From contig OX597837.1 in the NCBI GenBank assembly GCA_951406725.2, positions 46,872,001 through 46,936,000 of the forward strand: 64,000 bases of DNA. The letters run 5' to 3'. Position 1 is the stretch's first letter. Every line of letters begins with the position of its first letter. The notes beneath the pieces were generated by a model that saw only the letters and a program-made list of their open reading frames with translations, was not told the origin of the DNA and did not search any database. Position numbers and translations under genes: made by a program. This DNA comes from Octopus vulgaris (lineage: Eukaryota). Below are positions 1-12,190 of the stretch, piece by piece.

Positions 1-600
1 AACACATAGAAGAAATAACATCAATAGCCACATATACACAACCACAAACTTATAAGAATATTCCTTACTCAGTAATATAGTATCAAAATACTATAAGTAC
101 TAATCAAATTATGAATGGGAAAAATTATCTAATATAAATTATGCTATTATATTAGACATGGCCTAAACCATCTTAATTCGAAACCTATCTATTTATCAAA
201 AATGTATCTAAATTATTTAATAACTAATAACATATAAAATTACGATAAATAGATCATTACATGAACAGCAAGATTAACATAAGGAGAATATTATTACTCA
301 TAAGGCTAATACGATATTAACAATTTGGAGATCAAAGAAAACTTACCTTCTTAGCGAGTTATAAACTATGAAGTAATTTGAATCACAATACATGTTAAAC
401 AGCGTTTAAGAAATTACGTTAGAAACAGAATAGAATAAAATATTGAATTCTTTGCGCGTGAGGAACCAACGTTATTAAAGATTATGAATGGAATATTATA
501 TGTTTATCATTGTAAAAGGAATGAATTCACAAAAAATAAAATCTCTCAATACTATAGTATTCAATAATAAATAAAACAACCATTATAAACGCAACCCATC
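1..600 (+). mobile_element. Possible highly decayed Penelope-like 3' remnant
   Basis: A-rich, stop-riddled sequence with weak resemblance to the GIY-YIG C-terminal region; only tentatively recognisable. Confidence 0.25.
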
Positions 601-1661
601 TAATGATCAAAAAACCACCCATTACGAAATACACAAAAACAAACCTATATAACAATCCCCCCAGATATCATAAATCACCTCCCACACCCCCCATCACATA
701 CAAACTAGTACTCATAACAAATACATCCATACCAATTAAAAATTCACAGTACAACCACACACACGTACACACAATTATACAAGAAAACATCCAAACATAT
801 ACATGCACATACACACATACACACACCCACACACATACACGCACAAACACACATATACACACATACACAACCCCATACATACACACACACATTCTCATAC
901 ATTCACACACACATACACACACACATATACACCCCCCGCCACACCCATACACATATACACACACATACATATACGTTTATGAATGAGTGATGGTACCCGT
1001 GCGCGTGCGAGCATGCACAAGCAATGTGCAGAAGTACAGGATGCACTATAAACATATCCGCGTCTACATGTACCCATGCATAACAGATACAATATGTGTG
1101 TGTGGATCCGTAATGCATTTAGATAAGTTTATATACAATCGAGTATATTATACTATAATATTTATTAATGGCTATGATGGGTGAAAATTGATACAGGGTG
1201 AATTGGATGAATAGGAGCCACTTGTTGTTAGAATGTATAGGGGTGGATTAGTGTGGTTATCCCCCTACATATTGTGAATGTTTCCAATACCTTAGTATCA
1301 TAGTTTGGGATTAGTGTTCATGGCAGATCTATCTATGCTGGTTGGGGATTGCGGTGTAGCCATGCATACATATATATATATATATAGATGTGTGGGAGGG
1401 TGTCCGTGTACATGCATGTGCATGTGCGTTTGTGCACGTGTACACATGTGAATGTGCAAGTGGGTGTGTACACAATTGCACATGTACATGCATGTGCTTA
1501 TACATGCACTTGTACATGTGCATGCTCCCACGCACGCACTCTTGCACCCGTAGTGGTTATTCATTTGTTAAATTTTAATTTATATAAATTATTTTATATT
1601 TTATGTATTGGCTTAAGTCTTTCTTTGTTTGATTTGCATAATAGTGGTTTTGTCTCTAATT

Positions 1662-1697
<36 letters not shown>

Positions 1698-1844
1698 AAA
1701 AAAAATAAATATATATACACATAAAATTAGAAAAAAAACAGCTTTTATCAATTCAAAACGAACAATTAAATTACACCATCTAGAAGATTAATTGTTCATT
1801 TTGAATTTTTTCCTTGTAAGTTTGGATTTTATTCCCTCGAATAA

Positions 1845-1889
<45 letters not shown>

Positions 1890-4800
1890 TTGGTAGTTTG
1901 TGTGTCTGAAAAAGAAGCACTCTAAAATATTTGAGCAGTAATGTTATGTGTAGAAGTTTGATTGTTGTGGCTAATTAGAGAGTGACCGTTGGTTTGACAC
2001 TCATAAACGTTCTCAGCCGTATAGGTGATTCGATAGATTCAAATGGTCATTTGAACCTGACGAGTTGCCTTATGCAGCTAAGCCCTTTATAGGTGTGAAA
2101 CCAGTGGACACTCTCTGGCTGTCCATAACAATCGACTTCCTAAATGTATATCTTGGTGTTGAATATATTAGGAATTGCAGAGGTTTCTAAAATACGATCT
2201 GAATTATATAAGGGAGGTCCATCTGCTTTGTAATTCATAATTAGATTGAAGGGGTTTTTATATGGAATGTGTACAAAACTGGTGAATAATATTTTATGAA
2301 TTTCTTGGATGGTTCACAAGGGTATTACTAAGATGTCCCTCAAATTCTTTCCTTCTAATGCCCTAGGCCCTTATAATGAGTGCAGCTGTTTTCATAATAT
2401 GATGTCACATCTTTTCAATTCCTCTTTCATAGACTTTGTATTTTGCTTTCTTTTAAAATTCTTTTCCTGATGTGTTTTATCTGATAGAATGCTCATATCT
2501 ATCAATAATTATTATCATACAGGTATCCTGGCAGAATTTGCACATCAGACAAAATGCCAAGTGATACTTCTTCCAAATCTGCATGTTCTGAGTTTAAATT
2601 CTGCTGAGCCAACTTTCTCAGCCAAGAATCGGGACAAAGGACAACAGTTCCAGTTTAATTACTTGATCATTTGATAAGATATTCAACAGGATTTTTACTC
2701 TTTAAAAATCAAATTTTTAAAGTTGATGGTGGTTCAATTTCAGTAAGCAGCAGCATGTGATCCTGAAAACTTGTGTAATATCTTACTTGTAGCCTCATCT
2801 AGCAACCTTGTGGGGGGACAGAATCAGTGGAGCACTGTGATATTTGGTTGTGTCTTTTTATTTTCCAAGCTTAAATTCCAATTTGGTCTGTTTCTTCTTG
2901 TCCTTCTGGGAGTCAGTATAATTTGTTCTAGCAAAATAGGCATAAATATTACTTCTTGTTATTAATATTGTGTCTGTTGCTAATAAATATCAATGGAATA
3001 AATACTAGTCTTGCACTGAGGTCAGTTGTGGTCTTATGATAAATGTTAGAAATGAATATTTGAGGGAAATATTGGAGAAATGTTAGAGTACTATGCTTCA
3101 AATACATGTCTGTATACAAGACAATGGGGGAGTCTGTATGTAGTCACTCAATCTGCTAGAAATAACAGTCAAATCTCCCTCAAACCACAGTGATTTCAAG
3201 TGAGGTGGTATGCCACAATATGTTATTGGGTGCTCTGCAAAAATGACCTTTTAAAAAATGTGGAAAACAAACTGAAATTCTAAATATGTAAGCAATCTAA
3301 TACGAACTTCTATTTAACCTTCAAATGTGTCAACCAAATGTCTAACCCAAACTAAACTCACAAGCAGAGGAAAAGAGGAATTCATTTTCAGTTGTTTGAC
3401 TAATAAACACGTTTGGTATTTGGTTATCTTCTCTTATCTTTTACATATTTCAGTCACAAGGCTGCAGCCATGCTGGGGCACTGCCTTGAGGAGTTTTAGT
3501 TGAGATTTATCTCAAGTGCCGATCTGCATCTTAAACAATTACTGAAATGCTCTCATAATCATCTTTTGCCTTTGACTTACTTTATTCTATTTGTATATAC
3601 GTGTGTGTGTGTATCTCACATAGTTTGGGACCAATAACATTACTTGGTGTTTTATTGCATTTCCTGCAGCAAGATTGACATAAGAGTATGTGTAACTCAG
3701 TGCAGAGCAAGTATCACAAGGGATCAGGTTTTTGTTCTTGTTTTTCATACCAGTTCTTATATCGGTAAAAAATACACCCACACACATTCGTGCAGATTCT
3801 TTTGTTGATGACCTGAAGCTGTGAGTAATATTTACAACACCAAAAGACAGAATTGGTTTAAATTTCTTACAGAACATAGAGATGGAGTTTGTTCAGGGCA
3901 AGTGGACATGTTTGGTAGTCATATGTTGAGGAATTGCCAACCAGACAAAGAATATGAATATCAGGGGTCAATCTGTCTCCTCTCTCTCCAGTGATGTTAC
4001 AAACACCTCAGATGCAATGAGAATATTGCATTTGTTGGTGCTGTAAAGAAAATGATAGGAAGAGTAACCTCTGTTTCAGTAGCCACCCCAGAATATATTT
4101 AGTCTTCTACCTGGCTGGCTCCTGTCAAACTGTCCAACCCATGCCAGCATGGAAGACTGACATTAAATGATGATGATGACATATAATCACTGGGAAGGCT
4201 GTGCTTTTGCTATCACCTGCCTGGTCTCTCCAAGCAGTCTTCAGGCTCTGAGTACACGGTCTACAGGCTGGCCAGATAAAGTGGCACAGAAAACATGTTA
4301 GGAGCTAACAGCACTGTTCCAAGACCCGACCAACACGTTGACCTTTAACTAGTCCACTTGCTACACTTGTGCATGTGCACACCCATACGCACATACACAC
4401 ACATATACCTACATCTATAATCCATGTGTTCTGAGCTTGAAGATTGCTTAGAGACACAAGGTGTGTTATCAAAATCTTCCTGGACATATTCCACCAAAGC
4501 CAGAGAGTATTAGTGGCTCATATCTTTATACTCTGTATATTAAACGATACATACAGACTCTTTCTTTTTTTTTACTCTTTCATATTTTTACACATTTCAG
4601 TCATTTGACTGCGAGCATGCTGAGTCACCGCCTTTAGTTGAAGAAATCGACTCCAGGACTTATTCTATCAGTCTATTTTGCTGAACTGCTATGTTTCAGG
4701 GACATAAACACACCGACATCAGCTGTCAAGCAATGGTGTGGAGGACAAACACAGACACATAAATATATATACATATACACAACAGGTTTCTTTCAGTTTC

Positions 4801-5011
4801 CATCTACCAAATCCACTCACAAGGCTTTGGTCAGCCCAAGGCTATAGTAGAAGACACTTGCCCAAGGTGCCATGCAGTGGGACTGAACCTGGAACTATGT
4901 GGTTACACACACAAATAGGTATATGTATATCTACACTTGTGTGCGTATATTTACATGCATATACATATATATATATATGTGAATTTGCATGTATAATCTG
5001 GGAATGTATAT

Positions 5012-5380
5012 ATAATTTGAAAAAGAAGCAACCCAGATGAGTGAATAGAGATGGCCCAATTTTGCTCCAAAACAATGCATGTCCTCACACTTCTCAGGCT
5101 ATGGTCCAAAAGTTGCAAAGCCCACATTATGAGATTTTGCAACATCCTCCCTATTCCCTTGATATCTTTCCTACTGATCCTCACTTATTTAAGCATTTTG
5201 AGCTTTTCATAAGCAATAAAACATTCTTAAACAGAGAAGAGGTAATTGAAGCATTCAGACAGTTTACCACAGCAAAAGATGAATTTTGTTTTAAAGATGG
5301 AATATATGACAATAGAGAAACGTTGGGTAAACGTAATATATGAACATGGATCATACATTCATTAAATAAATCAGTTCTCT
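5012..5380 (+). mobile_element. Mariner transposase remnant (C-terminal catalytic region)
   Basis: PILLQNNACPHTS...LQHPPYSLDIFPTDPHLF is a decayed HDNARPH...HPPYSPDLAPSDYHLF. Confidence 0.85.
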
Positions 5381-5799
5381 AACACTTCTGAAACATTTTA
5401 CTGTTACCTTTCAAATACGACATTTCATGTGAAACAAACTACTACATATATATGTATGCTTATATTTATATATATATATTTGGGTCATATCTGTAATTTG
5501 GAAATGTATATATTTCCTTTAAGGAAATATTTGTACTGTGTGTTTGTGTGGGAGTGTAGGAAAGGAAGTGCTTTTGTAGGTGTGGGATTATGGTTGTGCT
5601 TGAGTGTGTGTTAGTGTGTTAGAGGAAGTGCTTCTGTGTGTATATTTGTATGTAATATGTATTAGTATATGCTTCACTATTTCGGTAAGTATGTGTGTAA
5701 GTAGGCATATGTGTATGTAATTGCTGTGTGTGTGTGTGTGTTTAAGTGTATAGTTGAGTATATAATTGCTGTGTATGGTCATATAGTTACATTAATTGC

Positions 5800-5830
<31 letters not shown>

Positions 5831-6780
5831 TTGGTGTGTAAGGGTATGTTTATATAAATTGATGTGTGTATGTACACATAATTGTTCTGTGTGTAATTGT
5901 GTGTTGTATTTCCATTGTAAATGGAGGGAAATTAGGAAAATGAGATATTTCTGCTCCAAAGTACAAAGGATGGTTGGTGAAACCGTTGGCCGCCAACACA
6001 CGACCCAGGCATCTTCCAACAGTTTGGGGCAAATAATTAGTCAAATATTTATAGTTTGGTTCATTTCTTCTTTTTGACACAAATTACAGATGAAATTTCA
6101 CCGGAAATTTGTAGAACTTCTACTGGAACTGAGAATAAGAGAAAGGGAAATGGTAAATGAGTGTGTGAAATGAGAAAGGAAGAGAGAGAGAGAGAGAGAG
6201 AAAAAAGGAATGGATAAAGGAAAGGGAGAGAGAGAGAGAGATCTAAGAGAGTCAAATATTTATGAAGTTTGAGATTAAAATGTAGGCTGTGAGAATACCA
6301 ATAACACTGGCTGTAAAGGTACCCCTGGATAACAAACACAAGGTATGAGATGGCAATTTAAAACACATAATCTGTCAGCAGACCCTTCGAAATACAGGCT
6401 GTAAGAAACCCCATTAAAAACAGGCTACAAAGGACCCTTATGTAACACAGGTTGCAAGTGGACCCTGGAGGATATTTGCTGTAAGGAAACCCTTGAAAAT
6501 CCTTAATCAGTGACCATAACCTTACTTGTATTACAGGATTGAAGGATTAAACGAATAGGTTTGTAATCTCAATTTCTTTCATTTCCTTATCGTCTGCCAC
6601 GTCATTGTGCTCTTCTGCCTCTTCATCTTCATCTATTTCTGTTGCTACTAAAACAGTTTATTACTTACATTGTTTTGACGAAGGAGGGAAAAGTTTGAGT
6701 TTTTTGTTTTTGTTTCGGTTTTGCTTCATTTTCTTGTTTGTTTATTTTTCTCACATCTAAATTTCTCAGATGGTATATTA

Positions 6781-7003
6781 TAATTATAATTATGATTTAT
6801 AATTATAATTATGATTTATAATTATAATTATGATTTATAATTATAATTATGATTTATAATTATGATTTATAATTATAATTATGATTTATAATTATAATTA
6901 TGATTTATAATTATAATTATGATTTATAATTATAATTATGATTTATAATTATAATTATGATTTATAATTATAATTATGATTTATAATTATAATTATGATT
7001 TAT
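6781..7003. repeat. 19-bp AT-rich minisatellite (TAATTATAATTATGATTTA), about 12 copies
   Basis: Near-perfect period of 19 with one shortened unit. Confidence 0.95.
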
Positions 7004-9099
7004 CCTTTGTTGTTGTACTTGCATGATGCCGAATAATGTTGTTGCTGTTATTTATCTCCAGGTCAGCACTGATTGAGCTGATCTAAAATCAAAGGTGTTC
7101 CAATTATGACCACCCCATCATTTTCTATATTCGGGACTAAATTATTGTTAATATTTCTCCATTGCAAGGTGGTGAGCTGGCAGAATCGTTAGCACGTTGG
7201 CCAAATTGTTTTGTGACATTTTGTCTGTCTTTCATTCTGAGTTCAAATTCCACTGAGGTCAACTTTGCCTTTCATCCTTTCAGGGTTGATTAAATAAGTA
7301 CAAGTTGTGAATTGGGGTTGATGCGATCGACTTAACCCCTCCTCTGAAATTGCTGGGCTTGTGCCAAAATTTGAAACCAATACTTCTCCATTGTAAGGTG
7401 GCAAGCTGGTATAATTGTTGGCATGCTGGGGGAAATGCTTAGCAACTTTTCGTCCGTATTTACGTTCTGAGTTCAAATTCCGCTGAGGTTGACTTTGCTC
7501 TTCATCCTTTCAGGATTCTGCAAAAGAGACCAACAGGATAAGTATCGGTCTTTAAAAAAGAAATAAGTACTGGGGTCAATTTGTTCCAACTAAAATCCTT
7601 CGAGGCAGTGCTCCAGCTTGGCCACAGTCTGATGACTGAAACATGTAAAAGAATATATATATATATATATTTACTGGTACATATTCACACACATTTATTT
7701 GTGTGTGTGTGTGTGTGCATACATCATCATTGAACATCTGTTGTCCATGCTGGCCTGGATTGGATGGTTTGACCGGGGCTGGGGAGCTGCACCAGACACC
7801 ACTGTCTGTTTTGGCAGCTGGATGCCCTTCCTAATGCCACCCACTTTGCAGAGGGTGCTGGATGCTTTCCCAGTGGCACTTCATGCACGCTTTTACATGG
7901 TACCACATGGGGGCTTTTATGTGACACTGCACAAGTGCTTTTATGTAGCATTGCATGGGCCCTTTTTTATGTGGCACCACTACAAGTGCTTTACACCCCC
8001 AGACCCAGAGGGACCAATCTGAACACTTCTGCTGTGGAGTACAGGTCTTCTTGATGACAGCAAGGGGCCAGGCATCTCAGTCCTTTGTCATCTGAAAGGT
8101 TCAACATCCTGAGGTTGTTCTTCAGTGTTTCAACTAAGTGTGTGAATCTTTGTGTCTGTATTTGTCCCCTCAATACTGCTTGACAACTGGTGTTGGTGTG
8201 TTTGCATCCCCATAACTTAGTGGTTTGGCAAAATAGACCAATAGAACAAGTACCAGCCTTAAAAAAGAAGTACTTGGGTCAATTCATTCATTCAACTAAA
8301 AATCATGAGATATGAATGGTGAATATGGATTTAGTATTTCCAAATGATTGCAGCCACTTTACAATCTTCTCCAAATGGTAGAAGATCACAAAATATATTT
8401 TATATTAATATGCATTGTATGTTAATTGTATATTCTATAGAGACGAATAAGAGAGAAAATAAACCTATCAGGTCACCCGTCTGTCACAGCAGAATGGACA
8501 CTGGTTCCTGGTGTCACATTAAATGTACTTGTATTGGTGCCATGTAAAAAGCAGGCAGTACACTCTATGGAGTGGTTTGCATTAGGAAGGGCATCCAGCT
8601 GTCAAAACCAATGGAACCTGGTGCGGTCCCTAGCCTTACCAGTTCCAGTCAAACTGTCCATCACATGCCACCATGGAAAGAAGAGGAGAGAGGGCAACCT
8701 ATCAAGTGAGAGAAGAGGAGAGAATGACAAGCGAGAAAGTATGTTTTGCTTAATAAATGTTTTTGGAGATATGAAGATAAAATTGACAACAATAACTGCA
8801 ATCAATTATAACAATAACCAGAAAAAAACAATATCAGTAAGTCAAACTACAACACTAACAATAAACAGCAGCTGCAGTATGATATGCAGTTGCAGCAGTA
8901 ACGACAGAAATAGGAACTTTGTGAAGATGACAACAACACAAAGGTAAAAAAAACAAAACAAAAGAAACAAACTAGTAACAAGAACAGCAATGATAATAAT
9001 AATAATGGAGCAGGTACTACCACTGGCAACCCCAGGAACAACAGTGGCACTCATCCATGTATTTTTGATGGAGAGGTCTCCTGTCTCTCTCCCTGGCTG

Positions 9100-9560
9100 A
9101 CTGAGCATGGTCTGGTTGGAGAAACAAAAATGTGCATGATCCCAAGGAGGTCCATTTATGACAGCTGCCTCATCATGGAGGAAGTTCAGAATCCAATTAG
9201 CATCGGTGGGCCCTGATTGACTTAGCTCAGTTGAAATCATTTGATGAGATTGACAATCATTACTTGGTGGTGATGCTGAAAGTAGCTGGTTTCATGCTTG
9301 TGTTCAGAGGCTGGTTAACTGCAATGTACAGTAGCATCTGCTCTGTCTGTCAGGGATGTCCTCTTTTGCTTCTGTGTGTGTGATGGTTCTTGAGCCAGTG
9401 GCTGTGCAAGTTGAAGCTGCTGAGGAGGACCCTGGGAAACTGTGGTGGCCTATACAGTCTGCATCACCCAAGTAAAGGTAGTTGATACTCTTCTGAAAGA
9501 GTATGAGGCAATGGCAGGAATAAAAATCAATCCAGATAAGTTTAGTCTTGCAGTTCAGGA
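9100..9560 (+). mobile_element. Tx1/L1-clade non-LTR retrotransposon RT remnant
   Basis: Across frameshifts: IPRRSIYDSCLI, LIDLAQLKSFDEIDNHYL..LKVAGF, SVCQGCPLL..VLEP, LLKEYEAMAGIKINPDK, which are decayed L1/Tx1 RT motifs. Confidence 0.75.
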
Positions 9561-9647
9561 AGAGGAAAGCTGAAAATAAATATTCCAACCAATGATATCA
9601 ACTGATTCCCTTCAAAATTGCTGGCTTTGTTGCCTAAATCAGAAATG

Positions 9648-9692
<45 letters not shown>

Positions 9693-10659
9693 AGGGCAGT
9701 GGATCAGCAATATCATTACAGCAACAGAAAAAGAGTTTTGCTGTATTTGTTCTGACTCCTTATGTTCTGAGTTCAAATTCTGTTAAGGTCAACATTGCTT
9801 TTCTTCATTTTGGGGGTTGATCAATTAAAAGTACCAGTCAAGTACTGGAGTTGATGGTATCAATTTACCCAGTCCTCTCAAAAAAATGCCGGCGTTGTGC
9901 CTAAATTAGAAACAATAATTTGCGTTTCATCTTTCAAGGATGATATATATTTCTTTACTACCCACAAGGGGCTAAACATTGAAAGGACAAACAAGGACAG
10001 ACAAAGGGATTAAGTCGATTACATCGACCCCAGTGCGAAACTGGTACTTAATTTATCGACCCTGAAAGGATGAAAAGCAAAGTCGACCTCGGCAGAATTT
10101 GAACTCAGAGCATAGAGGCAGACGAAATACGGCTTGCATTTCTCCCAGGATGCTAATGTTCCTGCTAGCTCGACGCCTTTTCATCTTTCAAGGTTGATAT
10201 AATGAAGTTACTAGTCAAGAACTGGGAGTCTGCGGTACTGACTAAATTGTTTGCATCTCACACAAAATGCTTAGCAGTATTCCTGCCAAGTAAATTTAAT
10301 ATTTGTTTTAAGTAAGGTGGTGAGCTGGCAGAATCTATTTAGCGGCATTTTGTCCATCTTAAAGTTCTGATTTCAAATTCCGCTAAGGTCAGTTTTGGCT
10401 TTCATCCTTTCCAGGCTGATAAAATAAGTACCAATTGAGCCCCGGGGTTGATGTATGCTCCTTAAAATTGCTAGCCCTGTGCCAAAATTTGAAAGCAAAT
10501 TTTTCAAGGTAACCATCCCTGGTTTGGAAAAAACTTTGGAACTAATGCTTCTGGAAAATCAGTGCTAAATAACACGTTTTTACGAATACCTATTTTCCTA
10601 CTGAAGGAAAAAAAAAAAAAAAAATACAAATCAGTAAATAAATAATTAAATCAAAATAG

Positions 10660-11420
10660 ATGCTGGCCACACTCCTTCGGTTGTAATTTCATACCAGGGA
10701 AACGAGTGACCCCTCTAAAAAAATTTTGGGATACCCTAAAACGCAACATTACTACGGGTGATTTAGAAGCTAAAGAGCTTTATTCACTTGTACTTCGTCT
10801 TACAAAACCCTGACCGCTGCTGAATAGTTTTCCTAGAATAGTTCGGACAGTTGCAGACTTCTAGAATTCTTGAAATGTCTTCGTCATTCTCTCTTGCCTT
10901 TTTTTTTTACGACGGAAGATGAACTAACGAGGGAATTTCTATGTGGTTGTCCACTTTTTCGAAACAACTATCAAATCTTCCTCAAATCACACCCAATGTT
11001 AGACAACGCAATCTTAGGCATTCGACGAGAGGGAATCATCAAGGCTGAAACGATCAGATCTCACCTGAATGAGGGTTGGCCTTAAGGGAGGTAACTCTAA
11101 ATGTTAAGGGAAGTAAAAAAGAAATAAATTAGAGAGAAACGGATGATAGAGATATAGTAGACAGAGAGAGAAAGGAGTTGAGGGAATCTGTTTCCAGGAT
11201 AGAACTGAACGGGGGAAAAACCGAAGTCAGCAATGACGCATAGAGCAGCAGATAAAATGTCTTGTATTTACGGATCGTTACGTTCAAATTTCCAAGCTTA
11301 CTGCTACTTTATTTGATAAAATAAAGTAGCAGTTAAGATGCTGGCGTTGATCAAAGCAACTCCTCTCTCCACCCACCTCTATCTCTCTCGTTCGTTCGTT
11401 AAATAAAACCCCTCGTCTTT
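10660..11420. promoter_or_regulatory. CpG-retaining island, candidate promoter/enhancer
   Basis: Visibly many more CpG dinucleotides than the flanks; TGACGCA at about 11234; mostly non-repetitive sequence. Confidence 0.35.
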
Positions 11421-11789
11421 GTTTTGGGTCTTTACATTCATAATTTAGGGGCTAATGCAGATCTGCATTAGCTCCAAATTCAAATCCCGCCTGAGATTAA
11501 ATTTGATTTTTTACTTTTGATAAAATAAAATATCCGTTAAATACTGACATCAATTAAAATAATTATTTCACTTCTTTCCCCCCAAATTTGTGGCCTAATT
11601 ATCTAAATGCTAATTATTCACATTTGTGGCAAATTGAATCAATGTCCAGAGATACTCAGTTGTCTCCCTTGACATGTTATTCTTGCAATGATTGTATTTA
11701 TTTCGTTGTCCTTCTGGGGACAATGGAATAAGTACTAGTTGTTGTTGTTGCCTCTGTTTTGCCGCAGTTAAACATACAAAATAACCATT

Positions 11790-12190
11790 GATTTGTGTCC
11801 CCAAAGCATGTAGCGAGGGTGATAAAGGTCAAACATCCAGTCAACATGATGGTGTTTGCTGTGATCACTAATGATGGCCATATTATGCCTCCATTCATCT
11901 TTCCACATGGCCTCAGACTCAACACGGAAGCCTACATCAAGTGGCTGGAGGAGGTAGTGCTGCCTTGAGTCAAGAGGGTGGCTGCTGGAAGACCCTGTCA
12001 CAGCTGTCAGACAATTTCTGCGACCACATCATCCCGAATATCTGGCCACTTAATTGCCCAGACTGCAATCCCCTTGATTATTATGTGTGGGGTGCAGTTG
12101 AACAAGAGACCATCAAAACTCCTTGTAACACCAAAAATGAACTAAAGGCAAGGATTATGGCAGCATAATCAATGTGATTTAAATTTTTGT
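11790..12190 (+). mobile_element. Tc1/mariner-superfamily transposase remnant (maT/rosa-like)
   Basis: KHPVNMMVFAVITNDGHIMPPFIFPHGLRLNTEAYIKWLEEVVLP and WPLNCPDCNPLDYYVWG (canonical WPPNSPDLNPLDY); internal stop and deletion. Confidence 0.82.

Noticed and set aside
603-1708. Overlapping ORFs rich in H/T or C/V/Y
   Set aside because: Translations of CA/TG/TA microsatellite-like sequence. The same applies to ORFs such as 5796, 14445, 26618, 43699, 52529 and 58346.
2080-2320. ~74-codon open frame on the minus strand
   Set aside because: Flanked by stops, no convincing start or splice context, and no recognisable motif.
3754-3820. Plus-strand exon-like segment (pyrimidine tract-AG ... GTGAGT; LISVKNTPTHIRADSFVDDLK)
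   Set aside because: No homology recognised and no phase-compatible partner exon; splice-like signals occur on both strands here.
7625-7655. CTGATGA-CT-GAAAC hammerhead-like string (similar case on the minus strand near 39150)
   Set aside because: No stem II or stem I; at 7.6 kb it is a variant of the SINE B tail cagtcaaatgactgaaac.
8842-9588. Minus-strand ORFs of 132 and 94 aa as a host gene
   Set aside because: They are the antisense of a decayed Tx1/L1 RT on the plus strand.
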